Shown: positions 1-9,992, numbered from the stretch's first letter. The stretch is 64,000 nucleotides of DNA from a virus (IMGVR_UViG_3300017917_003093:2507-66506); one strand, 5' to 3'. A program made the numbers and translations. The notes: generated from the sequence alone by a model not told the origin.

Positions 1-1380
1 TCCTTGATAAGATTTCACCCAAGCTGTGCCGGTCCAGCGATATTGTATTTCTGTGGTGAGATTTGTAACATATTGGGTATTGTTGGGGCTGGATGTGCTG
101 TCAAAAGAGATTTGCCATCTCGTGCCATCGTATTCCACTATATCATTGGCATGAGCTACTAAGGGTTGATTATTGATGCCTTCCCAAGCATCAGGATTGG
201 TCATGCCTGGATTGTCATAGGATCCAGTGGCCTGTGTGAGCAGATATCGTTGCCCAGAGGTAGCTGCTGGCAATCCATAACCGGGTCCACTGAGCAATGG
301 ATCAATCACCGCATCAATAGGCAACAGTGTGTTAGAAGGTACTGTGGCAGGGTTTACCGTGAACAACAAAAATCTATCATCGGTGGGATCAAATGCTACG
401 GTACCCGTAACTTCAGTACCATCGGGTTGTTCTAAGGTTACATAACTGATGCCAGGTCTCATGGTACCATACATGCTAACTACACCGGTCCACAACAGAT
501 TGCTGTTAGGTGAATCTGCTGGTTCTAAACTGTCATTAGGCTCATCTACTACTTGTTGTTTTCTTAGTGCTTGCAATCTATTGTTGATCAACAATACCTG
601 ATAGTTGTAAGGAGTGAATCTTTGGCGGGTGCCCAGCAACAAATCGCTGTTGGTCAATGATTCTGCAAGATCACCCTGTGGATCATACATGCTGGCAATG
701 ATGCGCTCAACCACACCTAGTTTCTTGACTTTGGCCGGCGGGGTAATCCAGATAGGCAAGCTAAAGGTCAGTGTAGTAATATCGATAGGGTTGTCTGTGC
801 CTACTGGAATAGAGCGACTGGTGTATCTACTGTCCTTGAGATACAACACAGTAAGACTGGTCCAATCAATGTAATTGTCGGTGCTTTGTATCTCTAGACC
901 AGGATTGAACAAGGTCAGGATCTGTTCTAACAACTGCCATTTTTGATTGGTATTGCTGGTCCATATGTCTAGATTAATGGTCATCTCATATGGTACCGGC
1001 ATGAGGCGTTCAATAGTAAACGCATTCCCTTGCGTAGTTTCGTAACTTTCGGTGTCAGGATCATAAGTTCTCTGACGCACAGCTATGTTGCTAACAAAAT
1101 AGGGTTCTTGCATTCTTGGACGATCATACTTGAGTTCTGTGATGTAAAAAGTCATCAACGGGGTTGATGGCATGTCGTTGGCTGAATTGTTTTGTATGAT
1201 AGTTTGTGCCTGGCGACTGGCATCGCCATAACGCACCGGTACACGAATCAATGTATCTATTTCAGAACCAGGACCTTGCCCGGCCTGATTGGGACCGTAC
1301 TCAACATCAAAGTTTGAAAAGATTCTAGCAAACTGTAGTAAAAATCTACGTATCTGCCCGTCGTAAAAAAATTGTGCCAT
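1..1380 (-). CDS. gp15: T4 gp15-like tail sheath stabilizer/tail completion protein with C-terminal extension (3'-truncated by window edge)
   Basis: Absent from the ORF track because it has no stop in the window. Manual translation from ATG 1380 gives MAQFFYDGQIRRFLLQFARIFSNF...VPVRYGD...MPVPYEMTINLDIWTSNTNQKWQLLEQILTLFNP, a gp15-type signature. Directly follows the gp14-like gene. Confidence 0.8.
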   Translation of the reverse strand, partial: MAQFFYDGQIRRFLLQFARIFSNFDVEYGPNQAGQGPGSEIDTLIRVPVRYGDASRQAQTIIQNNSANDMPSTPLMTFYITELKYDRPRMQEPYFVSNIAVRQRTYDPDTESYETTQGNAFTIERLMPVPYEMTINLDIWTSNTNQKWQLLEQILTLFNPGLEIQSTDNYIDWTSLTVLYLKDSRYTSRSIPVGTDNPIDITTLTFSLPIWITPPAKVKKLGVVERIIASMYDPQGDLAESLTNSDLLLGTRQRFTPYNYQVLLINNRLQALRKQQVVDEPNDSLEPADSPNSNLLWTGVVSMYGTMRPGISYVTLEQPDGTEVTGTVAFDPTDDRFLLFTVNPATVPSNTLLPIDAVIDPLLSGPGYGLPAATSGQRYLLTQATGSYDNPGMTNPDAWEGINNQPLVAHANDIVEYDGTRWQISFDSTSSPNNTQYVTNLTTEIQYRWTGTAWVKSYQG

Positions 1381-2733
1381 TTAGCGTCCTGGAGGTCTTG
1401 GGTTTGGTGGTGTAATATTGCCACCCTGATCACCGTTATCGGGCTGTATTTCCAATATCTTGCTGAGACTCTGACGACTGGGTATGTTACCAACATCTGT
1501 GGTTGGTACAGTGTAGGTGTTGTTTACAAAGCTGGCTCGCTGAGTCAAAGCCTGGGTGGCATAGTCAAGGTCGGTTCTTACATTGTCAGTGATGGCCAAC
1601 CATGCCCGACCATTATATCGGAATAAGCGATTAGGAAAATAATCCAGGCGCAGACAATAGTCACCTAACACAGGAGTGGGCGGAAACTGCACACCCGGAG
1701 TAACAGGTAGTCCATTGGGAGCGTGAGTGCTTCCAGTAAGATATCCTTGCGCATAACCAAACCCATTGGGTGTGATTCCTTCGCCAGTTTCGGTTCCATC
1801 TACTGTAGGTCCAGTCTGATCTGCAGTCAGTCCGGCCGATGCAGGTTCGCCATTGGGCCCCGTAGGCAAGATATAAAACTTTACATTGTCGTAGCCGCTG
1901 ACTGGTACTTCTTCATAGGCCTGTGCCAGTATGGCATCATTGATGGCTAGATCTTTGGGTCGAGTACTTTGCTTGTCGCCTATGGTGTTAGGATTGGTGA
2001 TCTCGGTCCAGTAAGCAGTGTTGGTTATGTCAGTGCCAGGCGGAACATTCTGTGCGGCTTGATAATAGGTGCCACCGTTGTCGACTATTTCTCCTGCAGG
2101 ATAAAAGTTACCCGGATCCCAGATGTTTTCTGGCATAAAGGGCTGATCAATGATTTGGCTGTATTCCTGGGCATTGACCATGGGTGTGGCCTTGACTCGC
2201 CACAGATGTGGTTGCCAGGTTTGGCTAAATCCTTCTGAAGCAAAGTTGGCATCCTGGATCACATAATATCTAGGTAGAGCTTTGACCAATGTGGTATCTA
2301 AAGGATGATAATCTTTGAGATTAGGAACTTCTATCACATCGCCACTCATGAGTTTGCGACCAAAAGTGTCAATCATGTCGTTGTAATGGAACGTAATAAA
2401 CAAAGTATCGCCGTTTAAGAACAGGCCAAACTGTGTGAGATCAAAGTCGATATCTTGGGTGCGATACACACCACGCATGACAAACACATCAGGAGCATAC
2501 ACACGATCACGGTTTTCCAACAACAACAAATCTTCTATGAACAAAGGATTGGTTGTAGGGTAGTTGGGTATAGTCGCATCGTTGTTGCCGTTGTCGGTGC
2601 CAGCCCCTTGTGGTCCAAGATATTTGTGTACATAGATATCAATGCCGCCCACGGTAAACATTTCGCTGATGTTGCGGTCAAGATACTGATAGTCGTAGGT
2701 TCGATTGGGTCTGTAAAGGCTGAGACGTGGCAT
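1381..2733 (-). CDS. gp14: T4 gp14-like neck protein with extra domains
   Basis: MPRLSLYRPNRTYDYQYLDRNISEMFTVGGIDIYVHKYLG...FDLTQFGLFL; start re-set to ATG 2733, 7 nt behind TAAATA; neck gene context. Confidence 0.65.
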   Translation of the reverse strand: MPRLSLYRPNRTYDYQYLDRNISEMFTVGGIDIYVHKYLGPQGAGTDNGNNDATIPNYPTTNPLFIEDLLLLENRDRVYAPDVFVMRGVYRTQDIDFDLTQFGLFLNGDTLFITFHYNDMIDTFGRKLMSGDVIEVPNLKDYHPLDTTLVKALPRYYVIQDANFASEGFSQTWQPHLWRVKATPMVNAQEYSQIIDQPFMPENIWDPGNFYPAGEIVDNGGTYYQAAQNVPPGTDITNTAYWTEITNPNTIGDKQSTRPKDLAINDAILAQAYEEVPVSGYDNVKFYILPTGPNGEPASAGLTADQTGPTVDGTETGEGITPNGFGYAQGYLTGSTHAPNGLPVTPGVQFPPTPVLGDYCLRLDYFPNRLFRYNGRAWLAITDNVRTDLDYATQALTQRASFVNNTYTVPTTDVGNIPSRQSLSKILEIQPDNGDQGGNITPPNPRPPGR

Positions 2734-2755
2734 AGTCGTGTATTTATGGGGGAAC

Positions 2756-2784
2756 TTGACTAGAAAGTTCAAAGCTGATATAAT
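2756..2784 (+). promoter_or_regulatory. sigma70-type promoter, back-to-back with a minus-strand TAAATA box (2741-2746)
   Basis: TTGACT-N17-TATAAT; ATG 7 nt downstream. Confidence 0.8.
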
Positions 2785-2791
2785 TAAGCGC

Positions 2792-3046
2792 ATGGACGAA
2801 CTGTATCAGCGCCTGGATCGCATAGAGCATCAAGTTACCAAGATCAAAAACAAGCGATATCGCAAAGATCTCCAAAAAATGATCCGCACCATTGATTCTG
2901 CCATGTTGGCTATGGACCAGGAAAGCGTGGAATGTCGCAGATTGCACAAAGAAACCCTGCGACACAAAGAGCTGGCCCAAAAAGCCGGCGATCTCATGAC
3001 CACTTTGGAGCAACACCTAACATTTGTGGCGCTTTTAGACGGTTGA
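2792..3046 (+). CDS. hypothetical coiled-coil protein
   Basis: 84-aa ORF from ATG 2792 directly behind the promoter. Confidence 0.7.
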   Translation: MDELYQRLDRIEHQVTKIKNKRYRKDLQKMIRTIDSAMLAMDQESVECRRLHKETLRHKELAQKAGDLMTTLEQHLTFVALLDG

Positions 3047-3071
3047 CCAAAAAACACCAAAATGCTATAAT
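3043..3071 (+). promoter_or_regulatory. strong early sigma70-type promoter
   Basis: TTGACC-N17-TATAAT with TG extension; same GGTTGACxAAAAA format as 39928 and 40094. Confidence 0.85.
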
Positions 3072-3097
3072 ATAGCAATAACTACCTAGGAGTCAGA

Positions 3098-4246
3098 ATG
3101 AACGCACGATCTGCTACAGCCATCAAACCCATGAACCCAAAATCGCCCGATACCAAATACACAGGCTCGGAACCCGAATGGCGCATACAACCTGAACCAG
3201 AAAATCGTTCCAGCAAACTGATCGAAGCGTTTACCTGGTACAACTATCATTATGACAAGAAAGTGGCCAAGGAGTGTGTGATTGATTGGCTGACTCGCAA
3301 CAACCGTGCCAAGGATGCCAAGGACTTTGCTCGTGTGCCAGAAAGTACCTTGCGTAATCAAGTGGGTTGGTTGTGCCGTATGAATCTCATGGGCTATCAG
3401 TTCAATGAACATGAAGAACTCACAGTAGACAACGCCATCGCGGAACATCTGCGCACGGTACGAGCCGTGCGCGAAGTGGTTAAAGAAGCAGAAAAAGAAA
3501 CACCCAAAGGTCCCAACATTCAGGACCGCCTGCGCGAAAAAGTGCAAGAATGTGCCGGCGAGCTAGAAGGAATGTTTGACGATTTTATCATCGCTGGCGC
3601 CAAGATGTCAGCGGATTTCAAACCTATTACTGTCATGCGAGGCATGAACATAGCACCACAAATGGTAAACATCATAGCTGACCATTGGAAGGTCAAGCTG
3701 ACCGAGTTTGAAGAAGTAGTGCAAGGCAAAGATGCACAACTGGTAGAAGGATACAGTCTCTGGACCAAAATCCAGCTCAAAAACTTTGTGAAGTTTGCCG
3801 AACAAGTCATTGCCGACTGCGGCAGTTATGTGCAGATCAAAAAAGTAGAACGCAAACCACGTGCCAAAAAAGCAGTGAGCCCAGAGAAACAAGCCAGCAA
3901 GTTCAAGTACCTAAAAGATTTCGCTGAACTCAAGCTCACTTCAGAATCATCGGCCAAGTTGGTCGGTGCCAGCGAAGCCTGGTTGTATGATACCAAAAAA
4001 CGCAAACTCATACACGTGGTAGCAGACACCCATGCGGGTACAGTCAGCGTCAAAGGTTCCAGCATTATTGGATTTGATCCTACCTTGACCCAGCAAAAAA
4101 CCCTGCGCAAACCTGCAGAACAGCTCAAAGCACTGCTCAGCGGCGGCAAACCTGCACAGCGCAAGTATTTCAAGGACATCAAAGCTACAGAAACCAAATA
4201 CAACGGTCGTGGCAACGAGAACTTGATCATACTCAAGGCCTGGTAA
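3098..4246 (+). CDS. hypothetical early phage protein (382 aa)
   Basis: Long ORF with AGGAG SD behind the early promoter; basic C-terminal domain. Confidence 0.8.
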   Translation: MNARSATAIKPMNPKSPDTKYTGSEPEWRIQPEPENRSSKLIEAFTWYNYHYDKKVAKECVIDWLTRNNRAKDAKDFARVPESTLRNQVGWLCRMNLMGYQFNEHEELTVDNAIAEHLRTVRAVREVVKEAEKETPKGPNIQDRLREKVQECAGELEGMFDDFIIAGAKMSADFKPITVMRGMNIAPQMVNIIADHWKVKLTEFEEVVQGKDAQLVEGYSLWTKIQLKNFVKFAEQVIADCGSYVQIKKVERKPRAKKAVSPEKQASKFKYLKDFAELKLTSESSAKLVGASEAWLYDTKKRKLIHVVADTHAGTVSVKGSSIIGFDPTLTQQKTLRKPAEQLKALLSGGKPAQRKYFKDIKATETKYNGRGNENLIILKAW

Positions 4247-4269
4247 ATACAGGGAACACGGAGTTCCCT
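4244..4269 (+). promoter_or_regulatory. late promoter TAAATA plus RBS-overlapping hairpin
   Basis: TAAATA 4244-4249; AGGGAAC-ACGGA-GTTCCCT stem 4251-4269 spanning GGAG. Confidence 0.7.
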
Positions 4270-4271
4270 AC

Positions 4272-5042
4272 ATGGCCTTAGAAAATCAATCTAGCACCCA
4301 GACCCTAAAACAAAACTTGTTTGACTATGTGCGCCTGCAACTGGGCGATCAGATCATAGACATTGAGCTGGATGCCGAGCACTATGAAGCCGCTTATCAA
4401 AAGACCATTGGAACCTATCGTCAACGGGCACAAAATGCCTATGAAGAAAGTTACAGTTTCCTGGAGTTGGTTGCCAACGTTAATATCTACGATCTACCAC
4501 AGGAAGTTATCACAGTGCGTCAGATCTTCCGTAGAACATTTGGCGACTCAACTGGTCCTTTTGCATCGAACTTTGATCCGTTCAGTCAAGCCAGTTTGAA
4601 TGTGTATCTCATGAACTTCAACGTAGCCGGCGGCTTGGCCACTTATGATTTTTATAGCCAATACGTAGAGCAGGCCGGTCGTATGTTTGGTGCTTACATG
4701 AACTACACCTGGAACCCTGTGACCAAAAAACTACAACTGATCCGTGATCCCAAGGGCACAGGCGAAAATGTCCTGCTTTGGACCTACAATCTCAAACCTG
4801 AATTCAATCTGCTCAGCGACTTTCAGATATCGCAATGGATACGTGACTACATGGTCGCGGCCTGCAAAATGATCATCGGTGAAGCACGTGAGAAGTTTGG
4901 ACAGTATGCTGGCCCTCAAGGTGGTAGCCAACTCAATGGCACTGCCATGAAAACCGAAGCACAAACCCAGATGGACGGCTTGATCGAAAGCCTCAAGAAC
5001 TACGTAGACGGAAGCCAGCCCTTGACCTGGGTAATCGGCTAA
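4272..5042 (+). CDS. gp13: T4 gp13-like neck protein
   Basis: DYVRLQLGDQIIDIEL...WIRDYMVAACKMIIGEAREKF...GPQGGSQLNG pattern. Confidence 0.8.
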   Translation: MALENQSSTQTLKQNLFDYVRLQLGDQIIDIELDAEHYEAAYQKTIGTYRQRAQNAYEESYSFLELVANVNIYDLPQEVITVRQIFRRTFGDSTGPFASNFDPFSQASLNVYLMNFNVAGGLATYDFYSQYVEQAGRMFGAYMNYTWNPVTKKLQLIRDPKGTGENVLLWTYNLKPEFNLLSDFQISQWIRDYMVAACKMIIGEAREKFGQYAGPQGGSQLNGTAMKTEAQTQMDGLIESLKNYVDGSQPLTWVIG

Positions 5043-5069
5043 TATCCACTAGATTTCCTCTAAAAATCA

Positions 5070-5078
5070 TGCTATAAT
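5070..5078 (+). promoter_or_regulatory. extended -10 promoter (TGCTATAAT), leaderless start
   Basis: ATG 6 nt downstream; context nearly identical to the primase promoter. Confidence 0.7.
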
Positions 5079-5084
5079 CACAGC

Positions 5085-5609
5085 ATGAGCTCATTGATGA
5101 TTGACATAGAAGGCTTGGCCACTGGTCCTGATGCCACCATACTGACCATTGCGGCACAGAGTTTTGATCCATTTGGCACCGGCTATTACATGGACCGTTG
5201 TTACTATGCCAGGATCACTTTGGAAAGCCAGGAAACTCGTGCCATAGAACAAGGCACCATACAGTGGTGGGCCACACAGAAAGAAGCACAAGTGGAAGCA
5301 TTCTGCGAAGAAGGCCGCGTGCCATTGGACATAGCCTTGGATAGTCTTTATAAACTGGCATGGCAACACAAGTTTATATGGGCCAATGGTCCGACCTACG
5401 ATATGAATATTCTGGAGCATGCCTACAAGAGCTATGGCAAAAACCTGCCCTGGCAGTTTTTCAATGTGCGTGATGCCAGAACAGTTTACAGCCTGTGGCC
5501 GGGCCTGCCCAAACCACCTACCAGCCACCATGCCTTAGAAGATTGCCGCAGGCAAATAGACATGCTACAAGCCACGCTCAAACACCTCAACATAAAGGAA
5601 ATCAAATGA
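5085..5609 (+). CDS. DEDDh 3'-5' exonuclease (RNase AS/Rv2179c/DexA-like)
   Basis: LMIDIE, WANGPTYDMNIL, RDART and HHALEDC motifs. Confidence 0.85.
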   Translation: MSSLMIDIEGLATGPDATILTIAAQSFDPFGTGYYMDRCYYARITLESQETRAIEQGTIQWWATQKEAQVEAFCEEGRVPLDIALDSLYKLAWQHKFIWANGPTYDMNILEHAYKSYGKNLPWQFFNVRDARTVYSLWPGLPKPPTSHHALEDCRRQIDMLQATLKHLNIKEIK

Positions 5610-6271
5610 TCATTGGAATCTGTGGCTTGATAGGAGCCGGCAAAGACACCACGGCAGACTATTTGGTAAACATACATCAGTTTCGTAGAGAAAGTTTTGC
5701 CAACTCACTCAAGGATGCAGTATCAGCGGTTTTTGGGTGGGATCGCGATCTCCTGGAAGGGCGAACCCGTCAAAGTCGTGAATGGCGCGAACAAGTCGAT
5801 GCCTGGTGGGCTGATCGCCTGAATCTTCCTGGGCTAACTCCGCGATGGGTGCTACAGCACTGGGGTACCGAAGTGGTGCGCCGTGCTTTCCATGACGATA
5901 CCTGGATTGCCAGCTTGGAAAATCGCCTGCGCAAAACCACAGATGATGTGGTGATTTCTGATTGTAGATTTCCTAATGAAATACAGGCCATTAAACGTGC
6001 CGGGGGCATAGTGGTACGAGTAAATCGTGGTCCAGAGCCCGAATGGTATCGATTTGCAGAACTAGTGAATCGAGGCCCAGAACACAATCTAGAGTGGTCG
6101 TGGGCCAAAACTCAACTGGACAAATTCAACGTACATGCCAGCGAAACTGCTTGGGTCGGGACAGATTTTAATGCTTGGTTGGACAACAACGGTTCCATGG
6201 ACGGTCTTTTTGCCCAGGTCAATGATCTGGTTCGAGATCTCCAGGCCGCCAGGTTAGATCTGACAGTCTGA
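5606..6271 (+). CDS. deoxynucleoside monophosphate kinase (T4 gp1-like)
   Basis: IIGICGLIGAGKDT P-loop, SFANSLKD, TPRWVLQHWGTE, ISDCRFPNE; ATGA overlap start at 5606. Confidence 0.9.
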   Translation: MIIGICGLIGAGKDTTADYLVNIHQFRRESFANSLKDAVSAVFGWDRDLLEGRTRQSREWREQVDAWWADRLNLPGLTPRWVLQHWGTEVVRRAFHDDTWIASLENRLRKTTDDVVISDCRFPNEIQAIKRAGGIVVRVNRGPEPEWYRFAELVNRGPEHNLEWSWAKTQLDKFNVHASETAWVGTDFNAWLDNNGSMDGLFAQVNDLVRDLQAARLDLTV

Positions 6272-6566
6272 TTTCTACTACACAGTTTTGACACACAGTC
6301 TTGAGGTTTATTAGATTGCTGTTGTTGAGATTGCCATCCACGTGATATACCATGAGCTGTGCTGAATATCTAGCACGGAATCCACAACGATCACACACAT
6401 TCTTTTTCTTATAACCCGTTGAGCGCCAGCGAGGTTCCGGTGCTCGAACGCGGCGTCCTTTTTTGATACAAGAGTCACATCGACTTCGATAGTGTGTGAC
6501 ATCCCCGGATCTATAGTTTACAGCGCACAATCGTTGATTACAGGCTGTACATTTGGGTCGGATCAT
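6219..6566 (-). CDS. Zn-ribbon/HNH-type protein
   Basis: Several CxxC pairs and YHVDGNLNNSNLINLKTVCQNC; ATG 6566 is 4 nt behind TAAATA (6571-6576, minus). Confidence 0.75.
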   Translation of the reverse strand: MIRPKCTACNQRLCAVNYRSGDVTHYRSRCDSCIKKGRRVRAPEPRWRSTGYKKKNVCDRCGFRARYSAQLMVYHVDGNLNNSNLINLKTVCQNCVVEIRLSDLTWRPGDLEPDH

Positions 6567-6629
6567 GTAATATTTAGTGAAAAAACCTTTGCAAAGGGAC
6601 AATAGACACCATTTTTTTTCTCCTGCCGC

Positions 6630-6635
6630 TAAATA
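6630..6635 (+). promoter_or_regulatory. late promoter TAAATA of tail sheath gene
   Basis: Recurrent motif; AAGGA SD follows. Confidence 0.65.
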
Positions 6636-6662
6636 TGTTATATTGAAAAAAAGGAATAAGTC

Positions 6663-9600
6663 ATGGCCTTAATATCCCCAGGTGTACAAGTCAGTGTTAT
6701 TGACCAAAGCAACTACACGCCCGCCGCAGCAGGTTCAACTCCTTACTTGTTGATCGCTACTGCTGCCAACAAAGTTTCTGGTGCAGGAACCGGAATAGCC
6801 CCAGGAACACTGGCTGCTAATGCAGAGAAAGTGTACCTGATGACCAGCCAGAGAGATCTGTTGAGCACATTTGGTGTGCCGTTCTTCTACAACACCACAA
6901 CAGGCACCCCTATCAATGGCTACGAACTCAACGAATACGGATTGTTGGCTGCTTATTCCGCTCTTGGTGTCACCAACATAGCCTATGTGCAACGTGCCGA
7001 CATCGACTTGGCTGCGCTGACTGCCAGCTTGGTTCGTCCTGTGGGTGCTCCGGCCAATGGCAGCTTCTGGTTTGATACCACGAACAGCACATATGGCATC
7101 ACTGAGTGGAACCAATCCACATCTGCGTTTACTAAAAAAACTGCTTCGGTGATCACAGACACAGTATTTTTAGAGCCACTGAGCACAGTGCCTTTGGCCA
7201 GCTATGGCAGCATCGGAAACTATGCTGTGGTAGCCACTAACGTATACAATCCTATATACTACAAGCGCGGCGGCCCAACCACTGCACAGGCACCGGGCTG
7301 GATACAAGACGGCGCCAGCGCCAGCGATCTTTACAATACCTGGGTATTGGTTGGCAGCGACGAATGGAAAACAGCATGGCCTACAGTGCAAGGTGACTTG
7401 GCTCCGTCCAGCCTCACCGTTGGCAACAGCTTTGCTATCAACGACGTGACCATCACTGTTCCAGCTAGCCCCAACAACACAGTACAACAACTGGCTACTT
7501 TGATCAACGCGGCATTAAATGCCAGCGGTGTGTATGCAGCCAACATTGGCGGCAAGTTGACCATCTATGCTGACAGTTCTGCTACCAATGACGGTAGTAC
7601 AGAAGGCACAGGTTTAGTGGCTATTAACAACGTAAACGGTACACCGTTGACTGCGTTGGGTATTACATCTGGTGAATATGCAGCTCCTGCTTATCTTGCC
7701 GGTCCTAACTACAGCGCACCAAGATGGCGTGCTACAGACACTCAACCAGAACCTACTGGTAGCGTGTTCCAACAAACCAACAGCGTGAATCAGGGTATGA
7801 GCATTCAAGTCAAGGCTTACAATTCTACCTTGGGCACTTTTGTACTACAGAGTTGCCCGGTCTATGCCAATGATGCTGCGGCTTTATATGCTCTTGATCC
7901 TACCACTGGTGGTCAGGTTATTCCGGCTGGCACTACCTACGCTCAGATCGATCCTTACAACAATGGCACAGCAGGATTCTTGTTATTGGAAAGATTAGCA
8001 ACTGGTGCCACAGTGATCACTGGTGCCGACACTACCCCAACTTTTATAAATCCTAGCACGTTTACCTTGACTGCTACGCAACCAGAATCGGCCACAGTGG
8101 CCGCTCCAGTCACTGTGACCATCAATGGTACCACAGCCGCGGACTTTGTGGCTGCTGTGAGTGCTGCCGGTATAGACAATGTCAGTGCAGATGTAAACGA
8201 TCTTGGACAGATTGTGTTCAGTCATGCCACCGGCGGCGATATCTATCTAGTAGACGGAACCAACACACCATTGGCAGACGCTGGATTTACTACATCCGTG
8301 CGTGGTATACGCCAGACCGATGTGGATGGCACAGGCCTTACACTCAGCAACTGGGTTAGCACACCAACGTTTACCTACACTGCCAGCGCCAGCGCACCCA
8401 ATGTGGATCCTGCCAACGGCACTTATTGGTACTACAGTGATGCTACAGACGCTGACATCATGATCCAAAACAACGGTGTATGGTGTGGTTACCAGACCGT
8501 GACCAATGATGTGCGTGGCATGAATCTATCATTGACCAATGCAGCTGGTCCGATCTACAGCACCACAGCACCTACCACACAGACTGATGAAGCAGAAAGC
8601 CCATTGGCCTATGGTGATCTTTGGATCGATACCAGTGACCTAGAAAACTATCCTATCATCAGCCGTTGGTCAACAGTGGATGGCGAAGATCAGTGGGTAC
8701 GTATTGACAACACAGACCAAACCACGATCAATGGTGTGTTGTTCGCAGATGCTCGTTGGGCCCCCAACGGCACTACCAATCCAATCACAGATCCGATTCC
8801 ACCTATCGCTTCTGGTTCAACTCCGCTGATTACCAGCAACTATGTGGACCTAGATGCTCCTAATCCAGAGCTGTATCCTGAAGGCATCTTGTTGTTCAAC
8901 ACACGTCGCAGCGGATTCAACGTGAAGTCATTCCAGGTCAACTACTTCAATGTACAAGACTTTCCGCCTCCTGCGGTATTGCCAAGCCAGACAGACACTT
9001 GGCTCACCGCTTCGGCCAATCGCAACGACGGCAGCCCCAACATGGGACGTCATGCTCAACGATACTTGATCGTGAAAGCCATGCGCCAAGCCATTGATAC
9101 TAGCACACAACTGCGTGAGCAACAGGCTCAGTTTAATCTGATCACTTGTGTGAGCTATCCTGAGTTGGCACCTAACATGGAAGTGCTCAACAACGATCGT
9201 GGACAGACTGCATTTAGTTTGGTAGACACTCCGTTGCGCCTGTCTCCTGATGAAATCGTGACCTGGGCTACCAATAATAATGGTCTGGGACTCAGTACCG
9301 GTGATGGTGCTCTGACTGCGGGCGATCCTTATGGCGCCGCATTTTACCCTAGCTGTACCGCAACCGATCTCACAGGCAACGTGATTGTTACTGCCCCTAG
9401 CCACATGATGTTGCGAACCATAATCCGCAGTGACGCTGTGGCTTATCCATGGTTCGCTCCAGCAGGTCTGCGCAGAGGTACAGTGGACAATGCTCTACAG
9501 ATTGGTTATCTATCAGCTACCACCGGTGAATTCCAGCCCTTGGGCGTGAATCAAGGTCTGCGTGATGTGTTGTACAGCAACAACGTCAACCCAATCACAT

Positions 9601-9992
9601 TTATTCCTGGATCAGGTATTGTAAACTTTGGTAACCATACTTTGCAGGGATTTGCTACTGCGCTGGATCGTATTAACGTGGCACGCTTGGTGGCTTACCT
9701 ACGTGGTCGTTTAGAAATCATCGGCGAACAGTATCTGTTTGAACCCAACGATACTATCACTCGTAATGCTATCACCAACCAGATCACAGCACTCATGGTT
9801 GACTTGGTCAACAAACGTGCGCTCTATGACTTCTTGGTGGTGTGCGATCTCACAAACAACACACCGTTTACCATCGATCGCAACGAGCTGTATGTGGACA
9901 TCGCTATCGAGCCAGTCAAGGCTGTGGAGTTTATCTACATTCCGATGCGTATCCAGAACACCGGGGAAATAGCCGCACAAGGATTGGCCTAA
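6663..9992 (+). CDS. gp18: contractile tail sheath protein (enlarged, 1109 aa)
   Basis: N-terminal LISPGVQVSVID; C-terminal YPWFAPAGLRRG, NVNPI, ALDRINVARL, LFEPND and IEPVKAVEFIYI. Confidence 0.95.
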   Translation: MALISPGVQVSVIDQSNYTPAAAGSTPYLLIATAANKVSGAGTGIAPGTLAANAEKVYLMTSQRDLLSTFGVPFFYNTTTGTPINGYELNEYGLLAAYSALGVTNIAYVQRADIDLAALTASLVRPVGAPANGSFWFDTTNSTYGITEWNQSTSAFTKKTASVITDTVFLEPLSTVPLASYGSIGNYAVVATNVYNPIYYKRGGPTTAQAPGWIQDGASASDLYNTWVLVGSDEWKTAWPTVQGDLAPSSLTVGNSFAINDVTITVPASPNNTVQQLATLINAALNASGVYAANIGGKLTIYADSSATNDGSTEGTGLVAINNVNGTPLTALGITSGEYAAPAYLAGPNYSAPRWRATDTQPEPTGSVFQQTNSVNQGMSIQVKAYNSTLGTFVLQSCPVYANDAAALYALDPTTGGQVIPAGTTYAQIDPYNNGTAGFLLLERLATGATVITGADTTPTFINPSTFTLTATQPESATVAAPVTVTINGTTAADFVAAVSAAGIDNVSADVNDLGQIVFSHATGGDIYLVDGTNTPLADAGFTTSVRGIRQTDVDGTGLTLSNWVSTPTFTYTASASAPNVDPANGTYWYYSDATDADIMIQNNGVWCGYQTVTNDVRGMNLSLTNAAGPIYSTTAPTTQTDEAESPLAYGDLWIDTSDLENYPIISRWSTVDGEDQWVRIDNTDQTTINGVLFADARWAPNGTTNPITDPIPPIASGSTPLITSNYVDLDAPNPELYPEGILLFNTRRSGFNVKSFQVNYFNVQDFPPPAVLPSQTDTWLTASANRNDGSPNMGRHAQRYLIVKAMRQAIDTSTQLREQQAQFNLITCVSYPELAPNMEVLNNDRGQTAFSLVDTPLRLSPDEIVTWATNNNGLGLSTGDGALTAGDPYGAAFYPSCTATDLTGNVIVTAPSHMMLRTIIRSDAVAYPWFAPAGLRRGTVDNALQIGYLSATTGEFQPLGVNQGLRDVLYSNNVNPITFIPGSGIVNFGNHTLQGFATALDRINVARLVAYLRGRLEIIGEQYLFEPNDTITRNAITNQITALMVDLVNKRALYDFLVVCDLTNNTPFTIDRNELYVDIAIEPVKAVEFIYIPMRIQNTGEIAAQGLA

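Noticed and set aside
166-874. Short plus-strand ORFs at the window start
   Set aside because: Antisense to the continuous gp15-like reading frame
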